Source: Atopobiaceae bacterium
Lineage (GTDB): Bacteria > Actinomycetota > Coriobacteriia > Coriobacteriales > Atopobiaceae
DNA: 64,000 bases
Direction of reading: 5' to 3'
Assembly: GCA_017513965.1 (NCBI GenBank)
Contig: JAFWMI010000119.1
Span: 8,922 to 72,921 of the forward strand
Shown one piece after another: positions 62,190 through 64,000 of this stretch. The notes under the pieces were generated by a model. The model was not told the DNA's origin. It was given only the letters and a program-made list of their open reading frames with translations, and made no database searches. Every line of letters begins with the position of its first letter. Within the stretch, counting starts at the first letter, position 1. The translations under genes and the position numbers were made by a program.

Positions 62190-64000
62190 TCAGTTTTCAG
62201 AGAAAGGGCTACCCCACGTGAGCGGGCCAAAAGGGCCACCCCCGTCGAATCCGTTCCCCTCAGGCGAAAAGCCCTCCCCCTGCATGATGTCCTGTATAAG
62301 CCCCAAAAGATCATCCAGCGAGCGCTCCATGGTCCTTCTGTCCACTCCCTCGGGAAGCGATCCCGCGATGAGTTCCGCCCCCAGTCCATCGAGCAATCCA
62401 GCAAGGCCTTCTCCTAGTTGCTGCTCCCCAGCGAATGCCTGCATCTCCGATTCGCGCGTAACTCCACCAAGATGCTTGAGCAGCTCGTTGCTCTTCAGCC
62501 GCTCTTCCTCATCCCGTACTCGATCATGCCACGTAAGCCCCAAAGGCCTGCGGATATCGAAAATCGTCCTTGACGAAGCGGTAAGGCAGGGAGGGCATGT
62601 TACGCGCCCCAGCTCGCAGTCGTATAGCTGTCGTACGATCTGCTCGGTTATATGGCTGGCTCCTTGGCGCGCAACAACGTCAGTTAAGGTCCGCTCCCAC
62701 TCAATGTGGGTAGAGAGCGTAACGTCAACGCGTCGCAACTGCGTCTCTGGCGTATGCTCCACATTGCTCAGGCCCTCCACAGGAGGCACGGTATACGCAC
62801 GCAGGCACGCACGCGGTATAACCGGCGAGATTGTGTTGCGCATGTGCGCAAGCTCAATGACGTCCGAGCGATACACATCGCCAAACGGCAACAGGGCCGC
62901 CATCAAGCACGGCGTGCTGTTCATCTCTAGCGACAAAAACGTCTTGTCCTCGCTGGAGATAGGCAACGCATCATGCTCTTGCGCTCGATCCGCCAGCAAC
63001 GCCTGCAGCATTCGCGGAGTAATGTCCATCTCAGAACTATCCAACCACATGGGACGCTCAAGTAGCTGGACCCGAAGCGCGTCGACTAACGAGCTCGCGG
63101 CATCACGCAGGTCCTCAGACGCATTGGGGAGAACGTACACATGTGTTGGGCCCAACGCGTCCGTAGCAAGTGACGCCAACAGGCAGGAGGCAAGTGTGCC
63201 ATCGAGTATGAGCGCAACATTTGGTATGCCAAGCTTTGCCAGATAGTCGTGCAAGCCAAGCACCAAAACCTCCCATAGGTGCAAAGAACGATTGTAAAGC
63301 TCCGGCTCAAGCGGCTCATCAACAGGCTCATCCGCGCCGACGCTCGCACAAAGCAAGGACTCTTCAAAAGCAGGTGCAGACGCGGCAAGCTCCCCACGCG
63401 GTGTAAGTACAAAACTCGCGCCTGCAAACACCTGTAGTCCGTATCCACCAAGCGACCCAACGCCCATCACATACGCGTCTAATGTGGTTGCATCCGCACG
63501 AAAGCGATTGTCTAGCAGCGCGGCACCAAGGGCCGACCCAGCGTCATCAAGCGCATATGAATAGCCCGATGCAAACAGCAGAACATCCATCTTGGTGGAT
63601 GAGTCAATGAATGCGTCAATGTCCTCATACGTAAAGGCAACGCCAAAGGTCAGTCCCTTCCAAGAGAGGAGGCTCCTCCCCCTCGGCTCGCTTCCATGTT
63701 CCTCTGCCTTCGTCAGATCGGCAATGGTATATGTGTGACCCGATTCGAGAACAACGACATTGGGATACGCGGCATCACCGGCCGCATGCACATATGGAAC
63801 GAGGCAAGGGCAAAGCACCTCATGGCTAAGGCGCTCAAGCGCGTTTGCCGTGTCATGCATCCAGCCCTCAGAGCTCTCGTATGACACCGGCGCAACGCCA
63901 GTAAGCGTTGCGAGAGGAAAAACCAGGAGCTCTACCCCCTGGCCCGCCGCACGCGCGCTCAGCTCCACCATACGATTGACGGTTTTTTCAAATTCTCCGG
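62190..64000 (-). CDS. NadE-like (CN-hydrolase + NAD synthetase fold) protein with degenerate catalytic motifs; 5' end beyond the window
   Basis: The architecture is collinear with glutamine-dependent NAD+ synthetase (LVLGLHDYLAKLGIPNVALIL...DALGPTHVYVLP). However the PP-loop SGGxDS reads DGTLAS, FPE reads FPL, and the Cys-nucleophile region reads GVAFTYED. The reading frame stays open upstream of the first Met at 63971, so the gene probably starts past 64000. Confidence 0.65.
   Translation of the reverse strand, partial: GEFEKTVNRMVELSARAAGQGVELLVFPLATLTGVAPVSYESSEGWMHDTANALERLSHEVLCPCLVPYVHAAGDAAYPNVVVLESGHTYTIADLTKAEEHGSEPRGRSLLSWKGLTFGVAFTYEDIDAFIDSSTKMDVLLFASGYSYALDDAGSALGAALLDNRFRADATTLDAYVMGVGSLGGYGLQVFAGASFVLTPRGELAASAPAFEESLLCASVGADEPVDEPLEPELYNRSLHLWEVLVLGLHDYLAKLGIPNVALILDGTLASCLLASLATDALGPTHVYVLPNASEDLRDAASSLVDALRVQLLERPMWLDSSEMDITPRMLQALLADRAQEHDALPISSEDKTFLSLEMNSTPCLMAALLPFGDVYRSDVIELAHMRNTISPVIPRACLRAYTVPPVEGLSNVEHTPETQLRRVDVTLSTHIEWERTLTDVVARQGASHITEQIVRQLYDCELGRVTCPPCLTASSRTIFDIRRPLGLTWHDRVRDEEERLKSNELLKHLGGVTRESEMQAFAGEQQLGEGLAGLLDGLGAELIAGSLPEGVDRRTMERSLDDLLGLIQDIMQGEGFSPEGNGFDGGGPFGPLTWGSPFSEN

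Noticed and set aside
61843-63246. 467-aa plus-strand ORF antisense to ruvC and the NadE-like gene
   Set aside because: It is a shadow ORF with Ser/Arg/Pro-rich composition.

Overview
High-GC, gene-dense bacterial chromosome segment. The gene content suggests an anaerobic Actinomycetota, probably Coriobacteriia-like (class III RNR nrdD/nrdG, feoAAB, hypA/hypB, ECF riboflavin uptake), but taxonomy is inferred only. I call about 62 protein genes, one tRNA-Gln(UUG), one FMN riboswitch, several stem-loop terminators and several unexplained intergenic repeats. Most genes are housekeeping: murB, GH1 6-phospho-beta-glucosidase, glutathione peroxidase, nrdDG, feoAAB, hypB/hypA, aroD, ribU-ecfAA'-ecfT, purL, galE, a polyprenyl synthase, pth-prs-glmU, cca and ruvCAB. 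No rRNA, CRISPR array, transposase or integrase was seen. The points most worth a second look are: (1) the class III ribonucleotide reductase is encoded in two pieces, with the glycyl-radical segment on its own 65-aa ORF behind a 284-bp AT-richer spacer that carries promoter-like and NrdR-box-like motifs; (2) a 1000-aa multi-cluster Fe-S flavoprotein sits between hypB and hypA, with no hydrogenase genes in the window; (3) a ClpX-type unfoldase has two N-terminal transmembrane helices in place of the zinc-binding domain; (4) a NadE-like protein upstream of ruvCAB has both catalytic signatures degenerate; (5) there are large perfect palindromes and repeat arrays at 6784-6946, 28670-28782, 52790-52920 and 15092-15147; (6) small AT-richer accessory islets carry an Abi_2 gene, an XRE/SRAP pair, a NYN-OST-HTH plus C39-like peptidase pair, and a Lys-rich secreted protein inserted in the feo locus. 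All functional calls come from reading motifs in the translations by eye. No database search was run.
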